A DNA stretch of 64,000 nucleotides from NCBI GenBank assembly GCA_951406725.2, contig OX597816.1:137082001-137146000 (forward strand), in the 5' to 3' direction. Of this stretch, positions 14,317-30,919 are shown piece after piece. The notes under the pieces are model-generated. The model was not told the origin of the DNA and did no database searches. It saw only the letters and a program-made list of their open reading frames with translations. Positions within the stretch are counted from its first letter, which is position 1; each line of letters opens with the position of its first letter. Made by a program: the position numbers and the translations under genes. This stretch comes from Octopus vulgaris. Its lineage: Eukaryota.

Positions 14317-14559
14317 GTAGCCAGCCAGTAGGTGTCGCTTCCGACAATCTCTGTTCGATGGTTTTATTTACCTAGTTTACGCGTCTGTAGCTGCCGGTCA
14401 AGTAGTGTGGAGCGACTGACCTCCCTTGTTCGAAGGTTATATGGATACAGTTTGTGTATCAAATAGCTAACTTAAGGCGATGGCCTCATGGAAACTAATA
14501 AGCGGACAGCTTTTTCTTATTTTTATAAGAATGCCATATTAGTATGGCGATAATATTAT

Positions 14560-17960
<3,401 letters not shown>

Positions 17961-18011
17961 AGAAATATATATATACATGTATATATATACATGTATATAT
18001 ATATACATGTA

Positions 18012-18050
<39 letters not shown>

Positions 18051-18062
18051 ATATATATATAT

Positions 18063-18094
<32 letters not shown>

Positions 18095-18097
18095 AAT

Positions 18098-18137
<40 letters not shown>

Positions 18138-18312
18138 CTTTAATTTTATTCTTTAATATTTAAACAGAATTGTTACTTCAGAAAAAGTAAGCATTGCATT
18201 CAACAGAGTAATTTCAAATGCAAAGAGTTAGTTATATTTTGTCGCTTTATATTTCTGCTAGTCATTGGTGTGTCCTCATACGTCAATCTCACCATGTATA
18301 TATACATAATAC

Positions 18313-18360
<48 letters not shown>

Positions 18361-18555
18361 GAAATATTAAAATTACTAAGTCTCTCTAAAGGGGCAATAC
18401 TCCGAAACGCGTCTGTAGCTGCCGGTCAAGTAGTGTGGAGCGACTGACCTCCCTTGTTCGATTATATATATATCATAGCTATAAGGCGATATGGAGCTAT
18501 AAGCGGACAGCTTTTTCTTATTTTTATAAGATGCCATATAGTATGGCGATAACTA

Positions 18556-18591
<36 letters not shown>

Positions 18592-18596
18592 CATAC

Positions 18597-18664
<68 letters not shown>

Positions 18665-18833
18665 CATAAGGGACTAAAGCCATCTGAATATGGCTAGGGA
18701 CAGGGCAGGGTGGTGGGGGTGTTACTGTTGCATTTAGCCCCAGGCGAACATCGACGTCGCCAGATAGGCCCGACATAATCACGGTGTCCTTTAACCTGCA
18801 AAGGGAGATAATTCCCCGATGAAGCGGAAACCA

Positions 18834-18879
18834 CACACGGACCATGGTTTCAAGGTGTATTGCCTATCGTCAACGTGTG
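18834..18879 (-). ncRNA. Minimal type I hammerhead in left arm of the same foldback
   Basis: Reverse complement of 18987-19032. Confidence 0.72.
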
Positions 18880-18986
18880 GTAGGCCTCTTCGAACAGATT
18901 TTCGAAATCAGCAAGTGTATTTTGCTTGAAAATCTATATATGAATATCCTGCAGAGTGAGATTTCGTCGAGGAAGCGGAGGCCTAC

Positions 18987-19032
18987 CACACGTTGACGAT
19001 AGGCAATACACCTTGAAACCATGGTCCGTGTG
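18987..19032 (+). ncRNA. Minimal type I hammerhead in right arm of a foldback
   Basis: CACACG-TTGACGA-tAGG caataca CCTt-GAAA-CCATGG-TC-CGTGTG. Palindromic stem III ACCATGGT, GUC site. Confidence 0.72.
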
Positions 19033-20631
19033 TGGTTTCCGCTTCATCGGGGAATTATCTCCCTTTGCAGGTTAAAGGACACCGTGATGGTGTCGGGCCT
19101 ATCTGGCGACGTCGATGTTCGCCTGGGGCTAAATGCAACAGTAACACCCCACCACCCTGCCCTGTCCCTAGCCATATTCAGATGGCTTTAGTACCTTATG
19201 TTATCGAGCAGTTACTGTCTATATCTCTTTTAGAGAATTATTATTGCTATATATATGTTAAAAACAGAAAAACGAACGTGAAGACGTGCACAAGAACTAT
19301 ATCTACACCTATAAAACAGTCCTAGGACGAAAATTGCATGCACAGTTTGCTTTGACGGTTAATGGCGGCCAAAGTGAAGCTGGGATCGAGCTGAAAATTG
19401 GCAGGGATACTAAATACGTGCTGATGATGAGACCCACGATGCTTAAAATTCGCAAGCTATTAAGATGAAGCTATCGATTCAAGGTGGCCCAGAGCCCCTC
19501 TAGATTTGTGCGATTTGCTTTTAATGCCCAGCAGCATGCACTGCAGGCTGTTTTGCTTAATAAACATACATTTTGTCGCGAAATTCCGGCTACTAGGAAA
19601 CGATTTTTCATTGTGATAAAACAAGTGCTTTTTGCCCTCATTTTCTTTTTAATCTTTTTATAAAATTGAAAGGATTTCATCTATTTATTTCTGCTGTCCA
19701 CTTACAACACTGATTCAGTTGACTAGGAAAACTATACCTGATGAATATCCAATACCAAACTATCTTAATCTACATATTGAAACTGCATTTAACTTTGGCA
19801 AGCTTACCTTTACCTATTCTGAGTTATTTGAAAGGTGATGTCCCCTTCCCTCTATTCTGTTTGTAGATACCTTTTTTTTTACCTTTGATACCGTTGTTTC
19901 ACTTTAAGGATGTTTCTTTACCCATCCATTATGATATTTCATCTGCTGTCCATTGTTTCAAATACGTTTTAGCATTGTCATTCTGGCCTTTTTTAAACAC
20001 TCACATATGGCTCGTCCCAAAGAATCAACCTTTAAATAAGAGTTTTGCTTTCACTAACGAATGCCATACGTATCTTTCAGGAAGCTCCATACCAATTTAA
20101 CTTTATGCAGCATTCGCTGTTAGTTTATGTGCACTCTATGTGGGAAGATAGAATGAAGGGGCTTTTGTTAGCTTTTCTCTCCGAAAAAATAGCTCCCTTT
20201 GCTGTTGAAAAAAATAAACTCGCAGAGGGGAATTTTCAACTTCTTCCTTCAATTTCCTTACGCCATTTATGTGGCTGGTTCTGACAAGAAATGTCGCTTT
20301 CATGTAAAACAACTATATTTTGTAGTCATTATCCGTAATCTATTCCCCAAACACTTCAGTAGCTCTACTTTACATGGCTTGCAAACTTATATGTTCTATG
20401 ATAATCAAAGTGCATCGACCTCCGCAATAACCAGCTTTCAATTTGATTTTCCGTTCCTAGGTTAATCGGAAACAGATTGCCATGCTACACATAAACTTTC
20501 TCGGTAGTTCAATTATTTGGTGAAAACAATACTAATAATAATTTGCTTTCTTTAAGCAAATTAAACCGTCCAAAGGACGGATGCGTTTGCTAGTTATTAC
20601 AATAATTTGACGCTCGGCAAAAGGAGAGATT

Positions 20632-20667
20632 TGTTAACCTTTCGAACATAGCTCTTCGTCGGAAACA
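20632..20667 (-). ncRNA. Degenerate hammerhead-like motif
   Basis: tgttt-CCGACGA-aGAGC tat GTTC-GAAA-ggtt-aaca. Same family as 37402 and 60750; a more decayed relative lies near 1535-1570. Confidence 0.45.
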
Positions 20668-21656
20668 GGGAAGTCCAAAGAGAAAAAAGGAAAAATAAGA
20701 AAAAAATCGCCAACAATCCACGTGCGGTTACATTGCTGAAGTAACCAGAAGTGGAAGGATAAAGAGAAAGTGGTTTCTGCGACAGGGTTGTGTGAAGATG
20801 GTCTGTACGGGTATGAATATGTGGTAGTGTGTACGGGGTGATATTGAGTTCCCTCTTGGACTCCACGCAAACACTTTCTTTCATACCTTTAAAAAAAAAA
20901 CATTTTATTCTATTATATTTGTTTCTTTTTTTTATCTATTTTAGTTACTGATTTATTTATATAATCCTTTTTCCTTTTTGTTATTTTAGTTTTTATGTTT
21001 TTATTATTTATTTTGTACCTTAAAATTTTTTTTATATTCTTCTGTCTTTATTTTTTAAGTTGTATGTTTAATTAATTTCATTCATATACACACACTCATA
21101 CACACACTTTCATAGCACGCACACCTATACACACACACGCACATCTCCATACACACTCACACACACACACATGCACAACCACACCCGCTCCCACATATAC
21201 ATATACGCAAACACACAGACACATAAACGCTAATAACAACACTAGTATACACACACCTTTTGTGCGTGTGTATGTAAATATATATGTGTGTGTGTATATA
21301 TGTATATGTATGTGAGCATGCATATATAGATATAGATTCATATATGTGTATGTGTATATATGTCTATATCTATGTATATATATGTATGCGTGTATGTATG
21401 TATATATATATATATATACATGTAGATATTTACACACACACACACACATACTTACATACATACACACACACACACATACTTACATACATACACACACACA
21501 CATATATATGTGTGTATGTGTAAATATGCGTGTGCATACATATATATCTGTGTATAATTCTATGTCCGGTTTTTTGTTTGTGTTTGAGTGGGTTTGTGTG
21601 AATGTATGTATATGTATGCATGTTTGTATATATATGTGTGTGTGTGCCTATCTATG

Positions 21657-21732
<76 letters not shown>

Positions 21733-21949
21733 AAATATATACATATGCATATATATATATATACATATATATATATATTCATACACTATATTTTTTATAT
21801 ACATGCACTATATATATGTGTATATAAATATGTGTGTATATATATATATAAGTATACATATATACATACACTTTATATATATATGTATTAATATATATGT
21901 ATATGTATATATACATACATATATATGCATATGTATATATATATATATA

Positions 21950-21985
21950 TATACACACAAATATTATTAAGATACATACATACAG

Positions 21986-22018
<33 letters not shown>

Positions 22019-22040
22019 CATATATACATACATACATACA

Positions 22041-22071
<31 letters not shown>

Positions 22072-22960
22072 GTATATATATATAATCATTTAAAAAAACC
22101 GACAAAATGAAAACGTTTGGCCTTAGCACAAACAACGTATTAGTCAGACGCCCAGAGTTCTTTATCGAAAACAGGAAAAGCAGGAAAGTGCAAGACGCCG
22201 GAGAAACAAAATCACCATTAATCACGTGCGTTACATTTCTGAAGTGATCGGAAGTAGAAGGAATGAAGAAAAAATGCTTTCTGGGACTGCAAAGTGTGAA
22301 AATGATCATTGTGTGTGTGTGTTAGCGTGTGTGTGTAAATGTGTGTGGTAGCGTTTTTCTGTATGGTAGCGTCTGTGGCACTAACTGCGTGTGTGTGTGT
22401 ATGTGTGTGTGTGCGCGTGGTAGCGTGTGTATGTGTGGTGGTAACTGTGTGTGCATGCGTTATGTGTCTGGTGTAGCGAGTGACTGTGTGTGTGTGGTAC
22501 TAAATGTATGCTTGTTTGTGTGCGTAGTCTGCGTGTGTGTGCGGTCGGATCTGTGTACGGGTATGTTAATGTCGTTCGTAGAGGTGAACAGCTATAGGTG
22601 TTTGAATCGATGGGTGAGGAAGTGTGTGTGTGTGTCTGTGCGAGTACTTTTGTGTGTGTGTGTGTATGCGTGTTTGCATGTGTGCATGGATGGAAGGGTC
22701 AGTGTAAAGAGGATGTGAGAATGAGCGGGTGTGGGTGTGTGAATTGATGGGAAGGGCTGTGTGTGTGCGTATTGGCATGTGTTCGTAGACGGGGAGGGAA
22801 TGTGTATATGTGTGTATGTGTGCGTGTGTGTGTCACTCTGTCTGTCTGTCTTTTGCTGTATATAGATATGTGCATGTGTACGTGTGTTCGTGTGGGTGTA
22901 TGTGTGTATATATATATATGTGTGTGTGTGTATGTGTATGCGTATGTCTCTCTCAATCAT
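21950..22960 (-). repeat. Diverged inverted copy of the CA-rich repeat at ~560-1770
   Basis: Shared non-microsatellite blocks (ttcttcattccttctact..cgatcacttcagaaatgtaacgca; cacatgccaatacgcacac). Confidence 0.75.
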
Positions 22961-22989
22961 TCCCCATAATATATATATATTATATATAT

Positions 22990-23026
<37 letters not shown>

Positions 23027-23036
23027 AATACACACA

Positions 23037-23107
<71 letters not shown>

Positions 23108-23149
23108 ATATTATATTTATTATTCATATACTCGATTCTCTTTCTAGCC

Positions 23150-23337
23150 AAAGATGTCTCAATTTCAAAATGAAATATGAAAAAAAAAAGACGTGATTTT
23201 ATACGCTTAGCGAGCGTATAAAATCATGCGTATAAAAGGGGCTCTAAAATACACATTGAAATTAAAACGAGTAAGCAGCTACACTTCAAGAACCATAGTC
23301 CTTTCCATGAAAGAAAAAGTTCAGCAAAACTTAGAGA
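23150..23337 (+). promoter_or_regulatory. Promoter/5'UTR of paralogue 1 with TATAAAA at 23231 (second copy at 23217)
   Basis: Sequence block and TATA-to-ATG spacing are conserved with paralogues 2 and 3. Confidence 0.6.
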
Positions 23338-24825
23338 ATGGTATCCAGAGCATTTTATATTATTTTATTAATTACATTAACGGTGAAGAGTGAAAATAAT
23401 ACGGTTGGAAATGTTATGAAAACGATTGTGTCGGAATACAGTAATTCGACGTCAACTGATAACAATTTCTCTCCGTGGTTTTTTGAACAAATGATAAAAC
23501 TCTTAAACTGCGGTCCTTTACCGAAATTAAACAACAGTCAAATACAATATACTTTGAAATGGGAAGAGGAAAAAATACACCTGCAACAAAAGTGCAACCG
23601 CAATTTTGAAGCAAGCGTAGAGAATATGGCCGATATTATTTGTTGGAATGGTAAATGGATGTATGAAGATAAAAAATGTAAGTTAATAACTTGCCCGATT
23701 TTTCCTAAACCTGCAAACAGTTTCATGATAAATGTTGCATACACATATAACTCTGCTATTCGCTTTTCCTGCCTGTCTGGTTATATTTTACGAGGAAACA
23801 ATTCAATACGTTGTCAAGAAAATAAACAGTGGTCGTCTCTCCCACCAGTTTGTGAAACTATTAAATGTCTCCCACTGCATCCACCCAAACATGGCAATGT
23901 AAACAATACAAATGGAGTTGAAATTAACGAAACAATTCATTTCACTTGCTTAAAACCTTATAGTCTGAAAGGTGAATCTGTATTAACTTGTCTTCAAGAC
24001 GGTAGCTGGAATTTTCCGACACCTGTTTGCACTTTGAAATGTGTTGTACCTGAAATTGCTGGCAGAGTTGTGACTATTTCTGAAGGTACAATTTTAAAAC
24101 CAAGAACCTTAATCAATCAAGGAGAGAAAGTGTTATATTCTTGCAAACGATCCTTCATTCCTGTCGCATTTGGAGTCGTTCAATGCTTTTCAGGTAAATG
24201 GTATCCAGACATACAGTGCAGAAAATCGTGTAAAATTGAGAAACGAAACGGATTGAATTTTATTTTGTCACATAATTTTTCAGTTATTGAATATAGCTGT
24301 TCTGCTGAAGAAACATTGTTGGGATATTCTAAAAGAACCTGTTTAGAGAATGGAACGTGGAGTGGAAAACTTCCACGGTGTGTAAAGAGCTGTCAATTGT
24401 TACCCGTGTTTGGCATGTATAGCTACCGAAATTCAGACACTTTGCAATATCTTCCGTTTGGCAGCACAGTCTTAGAAAACACGAATGTTATTTATTCGTG
24501 TGAACTTCCTAATATGAATAACTCCAACGATAGTGTGATATGTCAAAATGGTGTATTGACCCCCAAACCACGCTGTTCACATAGAAATATTCATCTGATG
24601 TATTCCAGAGTCATGTTTACCCATAAATCGTCAGACTATTATGTTTGTGAAACAAAATACACTTGCGAATTTTTTGGTTACAGACAGAAATCATGCACTA
24701 GTAGTAAGTGTGCATTTTTTAGTAACGATCTATGTGCCAACATAGACTTTAACAATGCAACATCAGAAATATATATTAGTGCAAAGACTACTAATTGTTG
24801 TGCTATGCAATGTTATGATGATTAA
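23338..24825 (+). CDS. Intronless secreted multi-Sushi/CCP protein (signal peptide + 6 CCP + Cys-rich C-terminal domain), paralogue 1, 495 aa
   Basis: Uninterrupted ORF. Hydrophobic N-terminus MVSRAFYIILLITLTVKS. Six C..P..C..G....C...W....C modules (e.g. CPIFPKPAN..FSCLSGYILRGNNSIRCQENKQWSSLPPVC). No TM segment. TATAAAA 107 nt upstream. Confidence 0.9.
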   Translation: MVSRAFYIILLITLTVKSENNTVGNVMKTIVSEYSNSTSTDNNFSPWFFEQMIKLLNCGPLPKLNNSQIQYTLKWEEEKIHLQQKCNRNFEASVENMADIICWNGKWMYEDKKCKLITCPIFPKPANSFMINVAYTYNSAIRFSCLSGYILRGNNSIRCQENKQWSSLPPVCETIKCLPLHPPKHGNVNNTNGVEINETIHFTCLKPYSLKGESVLTCLQDGSWNFPTPVCTLKCVVPEIAGRVVTISEGTILKPRTLINQGEKVLYSCKRSFIPVAFGVVQCFSGKWYPDIQCRKSCKIEKRNGLNFILSHNFSVIEYSCSAEETLLGYSKRTCLENGTWSGKLPRCVKSCQLLPVFGMYSYRNSDTLQYLPFGSTVLENTNVIYSCELPNMNNSNDSVICQNGVLTPKPRCSHRNIHLMYSRVMFTHKSSDYYVCETKYTCEFFGYRQKSCTSSKCAFFSNDLCANIDFNNATSEIYISAKTTNCCAMQCYDD

Positions 24826-25901
24826 TGTACATAAAATTTATGTTTGTTCTTGCTGCAATCTTTACATTCAGTTATGACATCGCATAACATTCAGTTATGA
24901 CAACGTAATGGAAGTCGTTGTACTTACGCATATGTGCTTGTTCCTGACATTTATCGTAATATATATAATTGGAAACAGACGTAAAATTTAAACTCGCCTT
25001 ATAAACCGGCCTTTCAGTCAAAATGTACACATCAGTAAACTGAGAAGACATTTTTAACAACTTAAAATTGCATTCGTTGTGGCACTCAAGTATCACGGGG
25101 ATCTTTGATACTAATTTCTATTTATCACGTCCCAGGAGGGTATGTTTTCAAGAGAAAGTATTTGAACTTGACCGTCAATTCCAAGATCAGTGTAGTATAA
25201 TTCATATGAGTTTTATATTTGTTATTGGCGCTCTCTTTGCCACTTCCCCTCTCTCATTGCTGAGTGCTTTCATGTGTTTACACAAACAGATTATTATAAT
25301 ATTATTTGGCCCCGTGCCGACAAAAATGACGGCTAACTGGGTAATTTTTCAGAGTAACACCTGCACGATTTTCGCAAAGAAAAAAAAAAAAAACTCGGAT
25401 TTTTTTGCTTGGAATCAAGTACACTGTCCTCCTAATATGCTGCAAATCCCTTATTTTGGTTCGAGAATAGTTTGTTTAATAAAATGGAGATTATGATTTT
25501 GAAAAGAAAAAAATTCCTTTTCCAGTATTTGATTTCTTTATTTTTAAAATTTCTTTTGTTTTTATTTAACTTTCCTTCAAAAGATTTTCTGCTTCATGTA
25601 CTAAACAAGCAAGATTGTGATTGAGAAATAAAAATCCAAATTTTAATATTTTGATTTTATTGTTTCCTTCTCTAATTTTGATAGTTTTTTTTTCTTTCTG
25701 ACTATTGTTTCGGAAACGTTTCCCAGACTCACTCCTTCAAACAGATTTAAACGTAAAATATTACGGTTATGCGAAAATAGAATTTTTACAAATTCAGCAG
25801 CTTCATCGGATTTGGTGTATTTTAAAATATAGCTGCTCACAAATACATGCGTGCGCACATGTAATCGTGTGTGTGTGTGCACGAGTGTGTACATACATAC
25901 A

Positions 25902-26849
<948 letters not shown>

Positions 26850-27380
26850 TCTATATCCAAATTGAAGGAGTAGAGCAGGTAATATCCTGGCTACATATGT
26901 TTCTTATCTAGCAGATCCTCTGATATAATAATAACGAGGGGGACGCAACAATCTACGCATCTGGCTGATGAGACCTTAATTATATAATGGTTACATTGAC
27001 GATACGGAATTTCGAGTTAGGTCGCTGAAGATAAAATTTGAAACTTTCAAATTTGTTTCTTCCTACGAGTTAACTTGGGATTCTATATCGACAATGTGAC
27101 CTTTACCCAATTAAGGTACCTTCACCCTAATAAATAGGTAGCTGAGTACCTGTCGATGAGTAACTATCATAACAGGATCTGAAGAAATATATGTAGCTTG
27201 GATTTTACACACACACACATATACTCACTCAGTCGAAGCACTTGATTTTTTTCACCGTACGACTTCCATCATCCCACTACCAAGTTTGCCATCACCCTTT
27301 CCTTCCTTATTCATCTATAAATCCCTCCCTTTCTCATTCATATGCTGTGATGGAGCTTATCGAACCTCGATATGATATAT

Positions 27381-27613
27381 TTCTTTATTTCTTTATTGCC
27401 CACAAGGGGCTAAATACAGAGAGGACAAATAAGGACAGACAAAGGGATTAAGTCGATTGCATCGACCCCAGTGCGTAATTGGTACTTGATTTATCGACCC
27501 CGAAAGGATGAAAGGCAAAGTCGACCTCGGCGGAATTTGAACTCACAACATAACGGCAGACGAAATACGGCTACGCATTTCGCCCGGCGTGCTAACGTTT
27601 CTGCCAGCTCGCC
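27381..27613 (-). mobile_element. tRNA-derived SINE family B (Meta-domain-like core)
   Basis: Minus strand ggcgagctggcagaaacg...gagttcaaattcc...gtcgactttgcctttcatcctttcggggtcgataaa..gtacc. Decayed copies lie near 27040-27180, 29500-29640 and 63640-63785. Confidence 0.8.
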
Positions 27614-27871
27614 ATATGATAAAAGCCAACAACCTTCGACGGCAACAAATAATTATCGTTCCTGTTGATCCGGAACGTTGATTTAATACCTACCACGGAC
27701 TGCTCCATTGTCACGCATCTGTGACCTTTTCAACGACACTTCATTTCCGTGTGTGTTCTTGTTCCACTAACTCCATTTCGTTCTTCTAAGACAGGTATCC
27801 TTATGTGCGCATGCGTTTGTGTCCTTGTTTGTGAGTGTGTGTGTGTATGTATGTGTGTGCGCGTATGCTTA

Positions 27872-27903
<32 letters not shown>

Positions 27904-27922
27904 AGTGTGTATGTGAATGTGT

Positions 27923-27965
<43 letters not shown>

Positions 27966-28214
27966 CTTGTGTGTGTGTGTGTGTATGCTTGTGTGTGTGT
28001 GTGTCATAGTTTTTAGCAGCAGTGTGGCCTTCCCTTCAGCAGCCCCATCCTGCTGTCCCGAGAAAAAATGGTACAAAATCTGTATTCCTCCGTGTATGTG
28101 TGTTCGCCAACGGTGTTGCCATCGTGATGGTAGTTGTTGATATTGCCATCTTTGGCACCGCCGCTGCTGTTGAATGTGTTAGTAATGTTGTTGACATCAT
28201 CATGTGTGTATGTA

Positions 28215-28264
<50 letters not shown>

Positions 28265-28364
28265 GGCTCGCTTCGTATGTATCCATGCCCTTTATATACT
28301 TTTATTTGATAATCGAACGGTGTGAGTTAAAATCATTTTTTTCAACAGGGACCTAAGCACAACA

Positions 28365-28609
28365 ACACCGGTTGTCAAGCGGTGATAGGGGTACAGACAC
28401 AAAGACGCACACATACACACACACACACATGCACACACACATATATATGTGCGACGGGCTTCTTTCAGTTTCTGTCTATCAAATGCACTCACAAGGCTTT
28501 GGTCGGCTCGAGGCTATAATAGAAGACTCGTGCCCAAGGTTCCACACTGTGGGACTGAACCCGGATCCATATGGTTAAGAAGTAAGCTTCTTAACACGCA
28601 GCCACGGCT
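28365..28609 (-). mobile_element. SINE family A, partial (duplicated at ~62586-62752)
   Basis: gacgggcttctttcagtttc...gggactgaacccgg...gcagccac. Confidence 0.78.
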
Positions 28610-29655
28610 ATATAAATAAATAGTTTTATTGTAGCTGTGGTTCCCTGTCTGTTGCACCATCTCAGCTTCTATTTGTAGAACACTCTTTATCCCTCAAGAA
28701 GCTTACTTCCACAAATCAATAACCTACCAACTTGCCGTCATTCCTTACAATACATACTTATTGTATATAATACAACCCTTCTTTATCCCTCGCCTCCCAC
28801 AACGATGCGTCATTAACATGCAATCCTCACACCAAAGCTGCACTGACTTGGTGAACAAAGTCCGCGAAAACATACTCCAATGGTGGTGATACAAATCTAA
28901 AGGACTTCAAAAGCATAGAGTAAAGGAAATAACATCTATCAAAGCAACAACGAATCTCTCTCGTTGCCAAGAAGTTAACGCACTTAAAACTTTGAAAATC
29001 GCGACTACTGCTCGGTTTCACCATCGCTGACAATCTATGTTGGTGGTGCTCTTCAGGATTAGAAAATATTCAGTCTGAAACATTACTAACCATCCACAAA
29101 TGCCAATGAAATATTCTTTGCAGCACTGCTCTCACCCATACAGCAGCGCAGCTGTTACACGTAGAGATATCTTAGAACACATCTAAACATCTAAGACACT
29201 CGACTCATGAGCCACTCACAAGCCGCTACTAAGTTCACTCCAATATCTGACCCACAGATATATTTCATCTCTACCTGCGTTTTCTACCATTATTCCAATG
29301 AACTTAACTCGTTAAAACTTCCTGGTTTTGTATCACCTCCATTAGCCCACATTTGATCATTTGGTTATCCATTTGGTGTCCATTGATTCAGGCCTGAAAT
29401 AATCACATTCTCCTGGCATTTCTGACTAAACCAGAAGCTCTAAATATTGTTGTATATAATGGTTTGTTATTTAGGCATAAGATCAATAATTTTGAGAGGA
29501 TAGGATACATCGACAACGTAACTTAAATGTGGTGCTTTATGTTGTCGACCCCGAAATGATGATTAGCAAAGATGATCTTGACGGGATTTGTACTCAGAAT
29601 GTAAAAAGTCGGAACAAATACTACAAGGAATTTATTTCAATGTTCTAAGGTAATA

Positions 29656-30919
29656 TCAGGTTATCCCATAAGTTCTGTCCGATTTTACCCTTTTTAAAAT
29701 AGTATTTTAGAATGTCTAATGGAATTAAAAATTATTTTTATGCATTTGTGTACATTTAAACTAATTAAATATTATTTTATAGAATAATAGAATTAAAATT
29801 TATTTGATTAAAACCCTTTCTAACATGGAAATATTCAAAGAACATTTAAGGCACATAATGAGTACAAAAAAGGAAACTCTGCAGCCGAAGCGACTCGAAA
29901 CATACACTAAATTTATGGGAAAGAATTCTTGAATGAAAGAACTTGCGGAAGATGGTTTGCAAAATTCAGAGGAAGAGATTTCAACCTTGAAGATGAAGAT
30001 CGAAAAGGATATCCAGTTGAGTTTCATAAGCTTCTTGAGGCAATACTTGAAGAAAATCCTGCATTATCAGTTGAAGAATTGGCAATAAAGTTTAGTTCAA
30101 ACCATGCAACTGTTCATAGTCATCATCAACAACTTGGAAAGGTTCCCAAACTTGGAAAACTGGTGCTTCATAAATTGTCCGAAAGCAACCGCAAATCCCG
30201 AGGTGACATCTGCTCTTCTCTCCATTCTTGCGAACTCATTTCATCCTTTTTGAATAGACTTGTAACTGGTGACGAAAAATGGATCTTCTATCGAAATGTT
30301 AAACGTCGTAAACAGTAGCTTGGTAAAAGGGGAAAGGCTCAACCACAACCGCGAAGGGAACTTCATGGAAAAAGAGTTCTTCCCTCTATCTGGTGGGATT
30401 GCAAAGGTGTAATTCACTTTGAATTGTTACCATTTAATGTATCAATCAATGCTCAAGTCTACTGTCGGCAATTAGAGCGTTTGAACCAAGCTTTGAAGAA
30501 AAAGAGACCTACTTTAGTGAATCGAAAAGGAGTGATGTTTCATCAGGACAATGCGCGACCCCATACTGCAAAGATCTCATCACAGAAGATCGAAGAGCTT
30601 GTTTGGGCAGAAATTCATCATCCGCCTCATTCAACGCGACCTTGCTCCTTCAGACTACCATTTGTTTCGTAGTTTACAGAATCATTTGGGGGACATAACT
30701 TTCGTAAGCCAGGAGGAGGTCGATATTGACATTTCAGAGTTCTTTGCTTTGAAACCAAAAAAGTTTTACATTGATGGGATAAAAAAACTTGTAAATAGAT
30801 GGAAGGAAGTCATAGATAATCAGGAAAAGTACATTGGTGATTAAATTTCAATTAAATATAACATTCGATCACTTGTTTTCTTTATTCAAAATTCGGACAG
30901 AACTTATGGGACGACCTGA
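29656..30919 (+). mobile_element. Full-length, inactivated mariner (DD34D) transposon
   Basis: TIRs tcaggttatcccataagttctgtccga / tcggacagaacttatgggacgacctga, flanked by TA dinucleotides. Transposase 29825-30844 has VTGDEKW, HQDNARPH and DLAPSDY motifs, with stops and frameshifts. Confidence 0.93.

Larger units (their letters stand above)
13682..14553. repeat. Two tandem ~362-bp units followed by an inverted partial unit (Penelope pLTR-like)
   Basis: 13682-14043 is repeated from ~14046 to 14378, then inverted over 14379-14553. A further rearranged copy lies at ~18358-18560. Confidence 0.85.
18665..19200. repeat. Foldback: ~224-bp near-perfect inverted arms with ~90-bp spacer
   Basis: 18665-18888 is the reverse complement of 18978-19200 with few mismatches. 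Confidence 0.9.

Noticed and set aside
13682-14553. Possible CRISPR array or LTR retrotransposon
   Set aside because: Units are hundreds of bp with no unique spacers, TG..CA ends, PBS or PPT; eukaryotic context.
18812-18855. Second hammerhead on the plus strand (CCGATGA-agcg-GAAA)
   Set aside because: No stem I or stem II pairing could be formed.
23338-24825. Assigning a gene symbol such as CFH, CR1, SVEP1 or a selectin
   Set aside because: Only the generic CCP module is shared; the architecture matches none of these.
26960-27035. CTGATGA-gacc...ggtc hammerhead candidate
   Set aside because: GAAA and stems I/III not found at the required positions.
28827-29033. Identical 68-aa ORF here and at 62970-63176
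   Set aside because: Identity is explained by the recent segmental duplication, not by coding constraint.
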